From positions 1,344,001 through 1,408,000 of the forward strand of contig CBDFIJ010000004.1 of NCBI GenBank assembly GCA_965248055.1: a stretch of 64,000 bases of DNA, given 5' to 3'. The DNA comes from Candidatus Multivoradales bacterium (GTDB lineage Bacteria; Acidobacteriota; Thermoanaerobaculia; Multivoradales; JAHEKO01). This document shows positions 40,462-51,820 of the stretch, piece by piece. The notes below the pieces were generated by a model. The model was not told the origin of the DNA, ran no database searches, and was given only the letters and a program-made list of their open reading frames with translations. Position numbers and translations under genes: made by a program. The number at the start of each line of letters is the position of its first letter. The stretch's first letter is position 1.

Positions 40462-41091
40462 TCAAGAATCCCAAATCTTGATCGCATCTATCACTCGCCA
40501 ATCACTATCTTCACGTTGCAAAACCACCATCCGTCCAGCTCCGCCTAGCTCAGCCCACTGACGCCCATAGTAAAGCAGCGCCTGACCACCATCACTGCTG
40601 AAGCCGACTCTAGAGAACACGATAATCCCCGCGGAGTCCGGGTAGCGGTCGTAGAACACACTCCAGGAAGGAACGCCTTCAAGCTCGTAGAGGGGAAAGT
40701 GACCGCTGCTGTTGTTCACTAATGTGACACGTGTATCGCTAAAGTGAGATCGATTCAACTTGATTGCCGCCTGGTTTTTTCTCACAAAAGATTCGAAAGT
40801 CGATCGTCGGAGATCAGATACGTGGACAGATAGCCACCCCCAAAGGCTCGACTGATCTTGGACGATGTCTTGCTCTTGAAAGGCCGGATCCATCGTTGTC
40901 TTATTGAATACGACGAGGGTGCTCGCTTCTGCATTTCCTCCGCCGGTAACTGCCCACGTCTTGTCTTGGAAGAGTCGGTTGTAGATTTCATAGTCTCGGA
41001 GGTGCTCATGCGGTACAGGAGCATGGCAAGACATCGCTGCGAAACCAATCGCGACCGAGAAAGATAGACCCAATGCTCGATTTCGCATCAC
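40462..41091 (-). CDS. Putative immunity lipoprotein
   Basis: Downstream of the orphan tip; leader ending AAMSC. Confidence 0.65.
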   Translation of the reverse strand: MMRNRALGLSFSVAIGFAAMSCHAPVPHEHLRDYEIYNRLFQDKTWAVTGGGNAEASTLVVFNKTTMDPAFQEQDIVQDQSSLWGWLSVHVSDLRRSTFESFVRKNQAAIKLNRSHFSDTRVTLVNNSSGHFPLYELEGVPSWSVFYDRYPDSAGIIVFSRVGFSSDGGQALLYYGRQWAELGGAGRMVVLQREDSDWRVIDAIKIWDS

Positions 41092-41167
41092 CCCCCTCTG
41101 TTCGTCTTGAGCTTATTCATTGTGAGTTGTACCTATTTCAGCCCCAAGTGGCAACGTTCCTGTAAGT

Positions 41168-41743
41168 TCAAAAAATACAGGTTGCACAATAACCACCATT
41201 AACACCATGCCATTGACCATTGACGAGTACGCTAGATACACCCCCTCCACTTATATTTGAGAAACCCGACCACAAGCTGTTACCGCCGCCACCGCTGCCT
41301 GGTGCTTCAGGAGGCAGCTGCGTTTCCGACTGTTCGGGCACCGGCTTACTGGGAAAATGGTAATCCCATTCTGGCTCCTCTTCTGGTTTCCATTCTGGTC
41401 CGCAGCCTCCAGTCGATATTCCTTGTTCAAGCAACCAACCGGTTGCGGCCCCTCTGGATATGTCTCCCGATTCCGTCATAATCCGGGCAAGGTCTTGCTC
41501 CATGAATTGATGCTCGTCCCAGTTGTCTGCCCAGGTTCCGGAGAAGATGGCGATTCTCTCGCCTGAGAAGTTATACAAGAAGTACCAGCGGGCACCCTGG
41601 GTCACCATGTTGTTGGCGGTATCGTACTCATAACCATTGGCACCCCAGGAGGTCATGTTGCCGGAGGCGTCGTAGGCAGCGGATGACAACCGATTCGTGT
41701 CTGGATTCACAGCGATGGTGGTAGTTTGACATACCTCCAACAT
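41168..41743 (-). pseudogene. Orphan Rhs cassette with internal deletion (core start fused in frame to a tip fragment)
   Basis: Core sequence stops at GERIA (about 41548) and joins unrelated sequence without DPxG. Confidence 0.75.
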
Positions 41744-41767
41744 TCGGGTGGCACCTTTCCGCAGTTG

Positions 41768-42180
41768 GCTGGCGCGACCGAACACGCGAGTACCACGCCA
41801 GAGGAGCAGGCAATACGCAGGTATTTATGTGTATCGAACGACTCCACCTAACGCCCCTTCCATGTTGGCGTGATCAAACTACGCTTTGGATGCGACAACG
41901 AGTTCAAGAACTCGCCGACCTAGTCTGTGAAGAGAATTCCGGCCAAATCGTTGGAAGTCTGCCCAATCCCAAACCCACCAAGCGTCCTGCCAGAATCAAG
42001 AGATCCCCAGCTCCACTTTTTCACTGTGCCACCAAGGCAGCTCGCAACGCCCTCTACGAAGCCTACTCCTGGTTTGTTGCCGCCTACAGGGATGCTTGTG
42101 AGCGACTCAAAGCTGGGCACGAAAACGCTACCTTCCCTCCGGGATCGTTTCCACCGCCCAGACCATTCGTTCCTGTTTAG
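41768..42180 (+). pseudogene. RAYT copy 2, 5'-truncated
   Basis: Near-identical to 36962-37374. Confidence 0.92.
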
Positions 42181-42620
42181 TTGATTCCGTTCCGTTTGGG
42201 TTTTATCGGCGCTTAGGGATTAGTATATCCAGTCCGAGTTTCTCCCCGTCCAAGAGCTGAACCGCTGAGCGAAAGTTCCGTTTCGGTGTGAATGAGATCA
42301 CGAACTTGACGTGTTCAATATATCCCTGATCAGCCCAATCAAGCAATTCTAGATTCTCTCAATAATCGCCTGGGACCTCAGTCAGCGGCTGGGCTTACCA
42401 AAGCCTGGGGTACCGAGGACTGATAACTCGACTACCTAGATCCTGATGAGTGGCTGGAGCGTCATCGACTCCTACTTAGAGAGACCCAACAACACGCGCT
42501 GCCTTTCTTTGATCACTCAATACCGGGACGCCCCCCACCCGGAAAGAAAAGATGTACCCCTTGACATAACGCCGCCTAATAAGTGGCACCCAATCCAATC
42601 AGCTTCATTCTGCTTCACAC

Positions 42621-43358
42621 CTATTTCTCTATCTCCTCCTCACTCTCCTCCCAAGCCTCCAACCACTGAAGTGTCTTTTCAACCTTATGCGTCAAATTCT
42701 CGATTTCATCCTCATCTTCCTCGCCCTCAGGCAGTTCACGAAGCAGTTTCAAAGCGTCGTGGGCGGCAGCTAGAGCCTCGTCGTGGCGCCCCAGATCGTA
42801 GTACGAATAGGCCATCCCGTGGCGGCCTTCGATCCTCACAAATGTCTCCGCGCCGCGCTCGAATGCTTCCCGGAATCCAGCGAGCGCATCTTCTTCGCGG
42901 CCGAGCATCGACAAGGATCCCGCTTCGTAAATCCAGCCCCAAGGTTCGCCTCCCTCTCGCGCCAGCTGGAAGTACGGGAGAGTGACTTCCGGACCCATCT
43001 CCTCTCGAAGATAAATTGCAAACCACAGTAGTAGGTTCGCATCTACACCTTTCATCAGATGGGGAGGACTTGCATAACTAAGCGCCTCTCGAAATTCCCT
43101 TTTCTCAACAAGCAGCCGCAGCATGAACTCCCTCGCCATCGTGCTACTGGGGTCTAGCTTGAGGGCCGCACGATACAACCGCTTGGCCTTTATCTCATTG
43201 CCCATCGCGTTTCGTATCCACCCTCGCCAAGCCAACGACCACGCGTCCCGCCAGCCGAGAAACTCGGCCGCCAGGAGAAAGGCGTGCGAGGTCCGATAGT
43301 GACCGTTTTCGCAAAGCTCCATCGCCCTGTCGCGAGCCGCCTTCAGGAAATTGTACAT
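42621..43358 (-). CDS. TPR-repeat protein, putative immunity protein
   Basis: TPR-like helices (YRAALKLDP, YYDLGRHDEAL); directly downstream of an orphan tip. Confidence 0.75.
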   Translation of the reverse strand: MYNFLKAARDRAMELCENGHYRTSHAFLLAAEFLGWRDAWSLAWRGWIRNAMGNEIKAKRLYRAALKLDPSSTMAREFMLRLLVEKREFREALSYASPPHLMKGVDANLLLWFAIYLREEMGPEVTLPYFQLAREGGEPWGWIYEAGSLSMLGREEDALAGFREAFERGAETFVRIEGRHGMAYSYYDLGRHDEALAAAHDALKLLRELPEGEEDEDEIENLTHKVEKTLQWLEAWEESEEEIEK

Positions 43359-43439
43359 ATGTCTAGTGCTCTCTTTTCGGGCCCGGAAAGGGAAATCCAG
43401 CTTGCCCGTTGACTAAAAACTATCAACTGTTGGACCCCC

Positions 43440-44828
43440 TCACTCACTCACACACGGGATGATTGACCCGTTTGCCTGGTCCGCAGAACCCCTTGACTTC
43501 CCGAGTTGACTGTAATCCAGAGGGGGAATCGGAGGAAACTTTGGCGGATCTGGACCTCCATGACTACCTTTGAATCGAATGTTTAACGGTGTCGTGCCTA
43601 GGCCAGTTCGGTAATGACCGGGAAACAGAGTGGGATCTCCGCTGTTTTCCGGAAGAGGCCTGGTGGTGTCTGGGCCGCCTTTCCCAGGTGAGTGCGCGGG
43701 CCGACTAGAGGGGTTTCTTCGGTCCCTAGTGAGGAAGTCCCAGATAGCTGCCGCGCTCATGACTATTAAGGCAGCCTCTCCAAGCGGCGTCGGCTCTACT
43801 ATTGCAACACCGACTGTTGCCGCCAGACCTAAGCCTGAACCTCCATCCTCGCAATCCGGCGGTCCAAGCGGTCCCCCACCCCCGCCGCGGCCACCGCCGT
43901 CTGCATTGGCGCCACCTAGATTCTGGCCGCCCTGGAGATTACCTGTCGCTGCCGGTCCGGGGCTCTCAGGTGGGTCGTCTTGTCCCCATGCATCTTGGTC
44001 CGAAGCTTCGTACCGATCACTCCCATCATCATTATTCACAACAACTGTAGTACCATCGCCGCCGCCGTCGTCAGGACACCAATATGTAGAAGTCCCGTCG
44101 CCATTGTCCGCGATTTTCATACAATTGGCAGCTACACGGCCATCAGGATCGAAATGTGTTACCGGCCTTCCCCCAACATACGACTAACGATTCCAGATAT
44201 TCGGACCAGCCCCCTGCATTACCGGATCCACCCCCATAAACCTCCCCAAATGCGAGGTATAAAACCTCGCATGCATGTAATCCATCCCGGTATCCCCATC
44301 CCTCTCATGCCCAGTAAACTTCATGATGCCGTTGCCAGCCGCGGTGATCTCCTGTCCATAGGGTAGATATTCATGCTCCGACACCTTGTTGCCAAGGTTA
44401 TCGGTCACAAGGCGAATACTCCCCAAGTGGTCAGTATGGTAATGCTGCTTGGTACCGCTTCCATCCTCAGTCCCCAACAACCTCCTACCCATCCAGATGT
44501 AATCCATCTCATGGCTCCAGTTGCCGGATTGGTCTTCACCGACGAGCTTAAAGGTAGATAACACCTGGTTGGAGGGGCCGCGGATGGTCCAATCGACCTC
44601 GCGGGTAGCAATCGAGCCCTGCCAGTCAATGGTGGCGATTCTCTCGCCTGAGAAGTTATACAAGAAGTACCAGCGGGCACCCTGGGTCACCATGTTGTTG
44701 GCGGTGTCGTACTCATAACCGTTAGCACCCCAGGAGGTCATGTTGCCAGAAGCATCATATGCAGCGGATGACAACCGGTTGGTGTCGGGATTCACAGCGA
44801 TGGTGGTAGTTTGACATACCTCCAACAT
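43440..44828 (-). pseudogene. Orphan Rhs core plus tip with an in-frame amber stop
   Basis: WNR-TAG(44184)-SYVGGRPVTHFDPDG; the same frame continues to 43440. Confidence 0.85.
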
Positions 44829-45048
44829 TCGGGTGGCACCTTTCCGCAGAGCACTGCAGTGTGGCACCTCAATCCAATCAGCGGTTCCGGCACCACAATC
44901 ACAGAAGTTCCATTTTCGGCGTAATCTCTGCCACCAACTAGGCACTCTGAAGCACCTACGCCGACCCCAATGCGTGATCCTAGGCCTCCAAATAATCGCC
45001 TGGCACCATTATCTCCTCTATCTCCTCTATCTCCTCTATCTCCTGTTT

Positions 45049-45414
45049 TCATAGGTATTTGCTTCCATAAAAGAGAAGAATGGCGTTAACCAAAGCGACA
45101 GCCGTGGCGACGCGGGTCGACTCTTTTTCACCTGAATAGACTAACCGCTGCGAGGCGATTGCGAGTACTGCCAGCCATCCCAGCGCAAGAATTCGCGGAG
45201 ACACAAAGGATCCCACTGTAAGCAAGGTCACCCCTTCGAATACCGCCGTTAGCGTCACAACGAAGGTATCCAGCGAGCGCTTCGTCCAATCGAAACCAGC
45301 TCCTTTGGTACACACGAGAATGACCGCCACGGCGGCTCCCAATGCCTCGATCACGCGATGGTAGTCAAACTGATTCGCCACAACGAGATAAGCGCTATCT
45401 ATCCACATCGTCAT
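45049..45414 (-). CDS. Putative membrane immunity protein
   Basis: About 4 hydrophobic segments; starts 8 bp after the tip stop. Confidence 0.7.
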   Translation of the reverse strand: MTMWIDSAYLVVANQFDYHRVIEALGAAVAVILVCTKGAGFDWTKRSLDTFVVTLTAVFEGVTLLTVGSFVSPRILALGWLAVLAIASQRLVYSGEKESTRVATAVALVNAILLFYGSKYL

Positions 45415-45422
45415 CGACTCCG

Positions 45423-48400
45423 CTACTTGAATTCGCTCGATGGCCCTGCCTTCAGACAGCGCCTATGAATTCCTTCTCCGGCATGGCCTGCTGCAATAGA
45501 AAACGCGATGGCACCAGCTGGGGTACCGGTAACCAACCACCCAACAGCGCCTCCAGTACCATATATCATGGTGTCGCACCCAGCATGAGCGAAGGCCTGA
45601 GCAATAGCGCCGATGCCGTTGAACTCACTCCGGTTGCCGCTAACAACTGCATTCCAAGCATTATTCTCATTCCATCCAAGCCATGTACCATTCCCGCTGT
45701 TCTCTGCAGACCCGAATGATATCTCTGGTGGAGTCGTAACTGTTGTCTCATTAGCCGTTATCGTGAGGCCCTCTGAAAAAGTACCATCGGAGTCCTTCGT
45801 GACACCTGTACTAGTGGAGCTAATGGTAGTGGTGCTCTTGGTTTTGCCGTCTGTTATCGTGATTCTCTTTGCCCCAGTACTTAGATCGGTTTCAATAGTC
45901 TGCGTAGATCCATCTGCATAGGTTATGGTCGTGGTTTCTTGAGTTGGTTTGTAGATCTCCTCCAAATTCGCATCGAACAGCGCCGCGCCAATATCACCCA
46001 CTGACCCGCCACCTCCACCGGTAGCCGCACACTGACCCGTCAAGTGGTGCCAAATAACTGCTGCCCCACTGCTTGCCGAACTGCATCCCGTGGTGTGGGC
46101 CATCCTCATCCCATCCGGATCTACACCTCCAATCGGATTTCCTCCCACATAAGAATACGCATTCCAAACCCCATCTCGAGTTATTGTCAAAAGTTGTGTA
46201 TCGGGTCATCAGGCGGCGATCCGATTTTGTTTTTCTCCGTCGACGAAATGGACCCCTTCAACGACTTGGGCAATGCGCTTGTAGCCCTGTAGCCTTCGCC
46301 ATCGTTTCTCAGCACTCTGACAGAGCTTGAAGACCATCGAGAGCATGGTTTCTCTCGACAGACAGCCCCGGGTCTTGGCGGTTCTCAAGCGCACGGTGGC
46401 AAAGGTTGATTCGATTGGGTTAGTGGTCCTCAAGTGCAGCCAGTGCTCAGCCGGGAAATCGTAGAAAGCGAGTAGCTGGTCGCGATCTTTGACCAAGCAC
46501 TGGACCGCTTTCGGATATTTGGCTTGGTAGATTGCCTGGAATGCATCAAAAGCCCTCTCGGCATCTTTCCTGGTCTCGGCCATCCAGATCTGATGGATCG
46601 CCTGCTTGGCCTTGGGTTGGATCACCTTGGGGAGCTTATTCAAGATGTTGGCCGTCTTGTGGACCCAGCAGCGCTGGGTCTTGGTATTGCCCCACACCTG
46701 AGCCAGAGCCTTCCAGAAACCCAGGTTGCCATCACCGATTGCGATCTTAGGCTCGAATGTAAGGCCTCTTCTCTCCAAGCCTCGCAGCAGCTCCAGCCAT
46801 GACGCCTCACTCTCCCGGTAACCGTCTTCAACAGCGATCAGCTCCTTGTTGCCATCCGCTGTGGCCCCAATTAACACCAGCAAGCAGAGCTTGGCGTTAT
46901 CCAGACGAGCCTTGCAGTAGATGCCGTCAGCCCATACGTAGACGTAGCGCTTGGAAGAAAGATCGCGCTGCCGCCATTCGCTGTACTCCTGGCCCCAGAC
47001 GCGTTTGAGCCGGCTCACCGTCGAAGCTGAAAGCCCAGGTGCATCAGGACCCACCAGGGCCTCGAGAGCATCGCTGAAGTCTCCGGTCGATATCCCCCGC
47101 AAGTACAGCCAGGGCAAGAGATCCTCGACGCTCTTGGACCGGCGCAGGTACGGTGGCACTAGATTGGAGCGAAACTGAAGCTCACCCTGGCGATCCCGCA
47201 CCCGTGGCACCTTGACTGAAACTCCACCTATACCGGTCTGGATCTCCCGCTCCGGCATGTAGCCGTTTCTCACCAAACGGCGGTGACCCGCCGCTGTACG
47301 TTGATCTTGGTACTCGGCCAAAAAACTCGCCACCTCGGCCTCGATTGCTTCGCAAAGAAGCAGCCGTGAACCCAGGCGAAGGACCTCGCTCAGAGCGTCC
47401 TCAGGACGCTCTGACTGATCGATTGAAATTACGTTACTCTTGCTCAACGGCGTATCCTCCTTTTTTGGATGATTGAACCCAGACAAAAACCGGGCTCAGG
47501 ATACGCCGCCTTCAAACTCTCATACACAACTTTCGGTTATATCTCCCCATCTCCCCGCTGCACCGGATCCACACTCATCATCCTCCCCAAGTGGCTGGTA
47601 TAAAACCTCGCATGCATGTAATCCATGCCGGTATCCGCATCCCTCTCATGGCCGGTAAACTTCATGATGCCGTTGCCAGCCGCAGTGATCTCCTCGCCAT
47701 AGGGTAGATATTCATGCTCAGAGATCTTGTTGCCCAGATCATCGGTCACTAACCTGACACTTCCTAGATGATCGGTATGGTAATGCTGTTTGGTTCCCGA
47801 TCCATCCTGGGTTCCTAAGAGTCTCCTGCCCATCCAGATGTAGTCGATTTCATGGGTCCAGTTGCCCGATTGGTCTTCACCGACCAGCTTAAAGGTAGAT
47901 AACACCTGATTGCTGGGTCCGCGAATGGTGTAGTCGACTTCACGGGTGGCGATGCTCCCTTGCCAGTCGATGGTGGCGACGCGTTCCCCGGCAAAGTTGT
48001 AGATGAAGTACCAGCGACCATCTTGGCTGACCATGTTGTTGGCGGTGTCGTACTCATAACCGTCGCTGCCCCAAGTGGTCATGTTGCCAGAAGCATCATA
48101 TGCAGCGGATGACAACCGGTTGGTGTCTGGATTCACTGCGATGGTTGTGTGCTGCGCACTCTGACCAGGAGCCCAAGTTGAAACCTTGGTCATATTGCCA
48201 AAGACATCGTAGGTGTAGTCCTGTTGCGTGGTGCCTCCCGTAGGATCTCGGACAAACGCTTGGGTCAAGCGGTTGATCTTGTCGTAGCGATAGAGGTCGG
48301 GAGCGATCTGGTTGGCCAATGGATCGGTAACGACAATGGTCACGATTTTAGTCTGTGCGTAGGTACTGTCACTCACGGTCAGGGTGACGTTGTAGTTTCC

Positions 48401-48957
48401 TGCCGAGGCGTAGGTATGCGAGGTACTCAAACCCGAGGCCCCGGTGCCGCCGCCGAAATCCCAGGTGGAGCTCAAAGCCTGACCGTTGGGGTCGCTTGAG
48501 CAGTTGCCGTCAAAAGTGATGTTCTGGCCTACTGTGGCCGAGGTCGACGACGAGCTAAAGCACGCGCTGGGCGCTGCATTGGAGCCCGCGGCTGGGGCCT
48601 TGAACTCAACTTTCTTGATCACCACTGTCGTCGGATCGCCGTTGGTATGCCATTTGGTGAACTGTAGCCTCAAGTCGGCGTAATTGGTCAGGGCCGCTGC
48701 TACGGTGCTGGATAGGCTATAAGTATGGCGTCTCATCACCGTGTCCAGGGTGATGGTGGTCCACTTCAGTACTGTGTTATTCGGTGCCATGATGTAGAGA
48801 CGCACACCTTTGCTGGTGCCGTTTTCAACATTGCCGGTGAGGTACACCTTGTGGCCGCTGTGAACGCCGGGATCGGTCAACCCAGCCATGCGCACCCGGA
48901 AACTGTCGGTGACACCACTCGACTTTTGCGATTTGGTGACGTTGGTGTCGTCATCGG
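45423..48957 (-). pseudogene. Large orphan Rhs module (PKD, core, tip) interrupted by IS256
   Basis: 47546-48957 duplicates about 58620-60007 of the intact Rhs; continues at 46177 with WNAYSY...VDPDG and a Gly/Ala-rich tip. Confidence 0.88.
46178..47545 (-). mobile_element. IS256-family element, copy 2 (transposase 46209-47447)
   Basis: Same TIRs as copy 1; 8-bp target duplication CCCATCTC at 46170 and 47546. Confidence 0.95.
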
Positions 48958-49193
48958 AGCTTCTCAGCAAAGGCGTGAAGCATCAACGCAAAGAAGGTCA
49001 GTCCGGCACCCACATTGCCCCACTCCCCTTCTCTAACCGCAAATCCGATGATAGCCCCAAAAACTAGTCCGATCAGAGCGAGTCCTACGGTCCAGCGCTG
49101 CCTCCTGCCAATTCTTACTGTAACCGCGAGAAGAACGCTAAAGCCAACCCCTGTTAAGACCAACTCCCATATTCGTTGCCAATCAAGTTTCAT
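48951..49193 (-). CDS. Small membrane protein, putative orphan immunity protein (3' end formed by a junction)
   Basis: Three hydrophobic segments; follows a tiny tip remnant (..GPPHCEQ*); its stop lies in the adjacent Rhs fragment. Confidence 0.55.
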   Translation of the reverse strand: MKLDWQRIWELVLTGVGFSVLLAVTVRIGRRQRWTVGLALIGLVFGAIIGFAVREGEWGNVGAGLTFFALMLHAFAEKLR

Positions 49194-49328
49194 CTACTGC
49201 TCACAATGAGGTGGACCCCACTCAATACCGGGACGCCCCCCACCCGGAAAGAAAAGATGTACCCCTTGACATAACGCCGCCTAATAAGTGGCACCATTAT
49301 CTCCTCCATTATCTCCTCTATCTCCTGA

Positions 49329-49580
49329 TCAGTTCCGCCATTTGGCCTCCAAAAGAAAGACGAGCATCGATATGACCACGATGATTCCGACAGAGAGAAG
49401 AATGCGTGTCGGAGTTTCGAGGTTCAGGCTCCGAGAAAGCTCAGAAACAAAGATCCCAGACAACATGCTGTTAAGAAAGATGCTCATCTTATTATCCATC
49501 CCCGTCAATCTTGGCAATATGACTAACGAGAGACAGGCCACAACGAACGAAACACCGACCATCTGCATGACTATTTTCAT
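49329..49580 (-). CDS. Putative membrane immunity protein
   Basis: ATGA overlap with the tip stop; 3 hydrophobic segments. Confidence 0.7.
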   Translation of the reverse strand: MKIVMQMVGVSFVVACLSLVILPRLTGMDNKMSIFLNSMLSGIFVSELSRSLNLETPTRILLSVGIIVVISMLVFLLEAKWRN

Positions 49581-50956
49581 TGAACCGCGCCCGCTGCTGC
49601 TCTGCAGACAAGGTCTCCAGAAACAACAATGCCGCTACCCATTGACATGCCAGCGGCCGCTCCGAATACTGCCCCGCCTGCTTCAACAGTCGCAGCGTAC
49701 ATGCCGGCACCTCCGTACCAAGCCGCTGTCGCAACGCCTGCCCAACAGGCTCCATAAACCACCGTCGAGCGTGAATGTACGTCCCCCAGCACTTCGAACT
49801 CATGCCGGTCGTTGCGAACAACTGCTTCCCAAGCATTGTTCTCATTCCATCCCCTCCATGTACCATTCCCGCTGTTCTCTGCAGACCCGAATGATATCTC
49901 TGGTGGAGTCGTAGCTGTTGTCTCATTAGCCGTTATCGTGAGGCCCTCTGAAAAAGTACCATCGGAGTCCTTCGTGACACCTGTACTAGTGGAGCTGATG
50001 GTAGTGGTGCTCTTGGTTTTGCCGTCTGTTATCTTGATTGTGCTTGCCCCGGTACTTAGATCGGTTGTAATAGTCTCCGTAGATCCATCTGCATAGGTTA
50101 TGGTCGTGGTTTCGTGAGTTGGTTGGTAGATCGCATCCAAATTCGCATCGAACAATGCCGCGCCAACGTCACCCACGGCCTCGCCGGTCCCAATGCCCGT
50201 ACAAGTTCCCGATAGAAGTCCGTAAATAATTGCCGCCCCACTCCCCGACAATGCACAGTGAGCCATCGCCCTGCCATCCGGATCTACACCTCCAATCGGA
50301 TTTCCCGCCACATAAGAATACGCATTCCAAACCCCATCTCCTCGATTCACCGGATCCACTCCCATCAGTCTCCCCAAATGCGAGGTGTAGTACCTAGCAT
50401 GCATGTAATCCAAGCCGGTATCCGCATCTCTTTCATGCCCGGTGAATTTCATGATGCCATTACCCGCCGCTGTGATCTCCTGCCCATAGGGTAGATATTC
50501 ATGCTCTGAGACTTTGTTGCCAGAGCTATCGGTCACCAGCCGGATGCTCCCCAGATGGTCAGTATGGTAATGCTGCTTGGTACCTGAGCCATCTTCCGTT
50601 CCCAGGAGCTTCCTGCCCATCCAGATGTAGTCCATCTCGTGGGACCAATTACCGGATTGGTCTTCACCGACGAGCTTAAAGGTAGATAACACCTGGTTGG
50701 AGGGGCCGCGGATGGTCCAATCGACCTCGCGGGTAGCAATCGAGCCCTGCCAGTCAATGGTGGCGATTCTCTCGCCTGAGAAGTTATACAAGAAGTACCA
50801 GCGGGCACCCTGGGTCACCATGTTGTTGGCGGTATCGTACTCATAACCATTGGCACCCCAGGAGGTCATGTTGCCGGAGGCGTCGTAGGCAGCGGATGAC
50901 AACCGATTCGTGTCTGGATTCACAGCGATGGTGGTAGTTTGACATACCTCCAACAT
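49577..50956 (-). CDS. Uninterrupted orphan Rhs core plus hydrophobic tip
   Basis: YHTDHLGS, KFTGHERD and NPIGGVDPDG, followed by a Gly/Ala-rich tip. Confidence 0.85.
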   Translation of the reverse strand: MLEVCQTTTIAVNPDTNRLSSAAYDASGNMTSWGANGYEYDTANNMVTQGARWYFLYNFSGERIATIDWQGSIATREVDWTIRGPSNQVLSTFKLVGEDQSGNWSHEMDYIWMGRKLLGTEDGSGTKQHYHTDHLGSIRLVTDSSGNKVSEHEYLPYGQEITAAGNGIMKFTGHERDADTGLDYMHARYYTSHLGRLMGVDPVNRGDGVWNAYSYVAGNPIGGVDPDGRAMAHCALSGSGAAIIYGLLSGTCTGIGTGEAVGDVGAALFDANLDAIYQPTHETTTITYADGSTETITTDLSTGASTIKITDGKTKSTTTISSTSTGVTKDSDGTFSEGLTITANETTATTPPEISFGSAENSGNGTWRGWNENNAWEAVVRNDRHEFEVLGDVHSRSTVVYGACWAGVATAAWYGGAGMYAATVEAGGAVFGAAAGMSMGSGIVVSGDLVCRAAAGAVQ

Positions 50957-50977
50957 TCGGGTGGCACCTTTCCGGCC

Positions 50978-51216
50978 GCCAAATCGTTGGAAGTCTGCCC
51001 AATCCCAAACCCACCAAGCGTCCTGCCAGAATCAAGAGATCCCCAGCTCCACTTTTTCACTGTGCCACCAAGGCAGCTCGCAACGCCCTCTACGAAGCCT
51101 ACTCCTGGTTTGTTGCCGCCTACAGGGATGCTTGTGAGCGACTCAAAGCTGGGCACGAAAACGCTACCTTCCCTCCGGGATCGTTTCCACCGCCCAGACC
51201 ATTCGTTCCTGTTTAG
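50978..51216 (+). pseudogene. RAYT copy 3, 3' fragment
   Basis: Matches 41942-42180. Confidence 0.92.
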
Positions 51217-51466
51217 TTGATTCCGTTCCGTTTGGGTTTTATCGGCGCTTAGGGATTAGTATATCCAGTCCGAGTTTCTCCCCGTCCAAGAGCTGAACCG
51301 CTGAGCGAAAGTTCCGTTTCGGCGTGAATGAGATCACGAACTTGACGTGTTCAAGATAGCCGTGATCAGCCCAATCAAAGAATCCTAGATTCTCTCAATA
51401 ATCGCCTGGAACCTCAGTCCAGCTGCCCGAGCAGACCTCTTAATAATCGCCTGGGACCTCAGTCAG

Positions 51467-51766
51467 CTTCCCAAGCATTATTCTCATTCCATCCCCTCCA
51501 TGTACCATTCCCGCTGTTCTCTGCAGACCCGAATGATATCTCTGGTGGAGTCGTAGCTGTTGTCTCATTAGCCGTTATCGTGAGGCCCTCTGAAAAAGTA
51601 CCATCGGAGTCCTTCGTGACACCTGTACTAGTGGAGCTGATGGTAGTGGTGCTCTTGGTTTTGCCGTCTGTTATCTTGATTGTGCTTGCCCCGGTACTTA
51701 GATCGGTTGTAGTAGTCTCCGTAGATCCATCTGCATAGGTTATGGTCGTGGTTTCGTGAGTTGGTT
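51467..51766 (-). repeat. Duplicated internal fragment of the 49577/45423 toxin tip
   Basis: Near-identical to about 49825-50124; bounded by junction motifs; a 55-bp piece recurs at 56617-56673. Confidence 0.9.
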
Positions 51767-51820
51767 GCACCTTTCCGGCCGAGGTATCGCCGCCAAATAA
51801 TCGCCTGGCACCACTATCTG

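Larger units (their letters stand above)
40351..50973 (+). repeat. Dispersed motif C, GTTTGACATACCTCCAACATTCGGGTGGCACCTTTCC, 4 copies at cassette 5' ends
   Basis: Starts at 40351, 41724, 44809 and 50937. Confidence 0.95.

Noticed and set aside
42557-42590. Motifs B and C as canonical dif/pdif sites or sigma70 promoters
   Set aside because: Arm spacing is 4 bp longer than in dif, and TTGACA has no -10 box at 16-18 bp
45423-51766. Diversity-generating retroelement TR/VR pair among the duplicated tip segments
   Set aside because: There is no reverse transcriptase in the window and the differences are not adenine-specific
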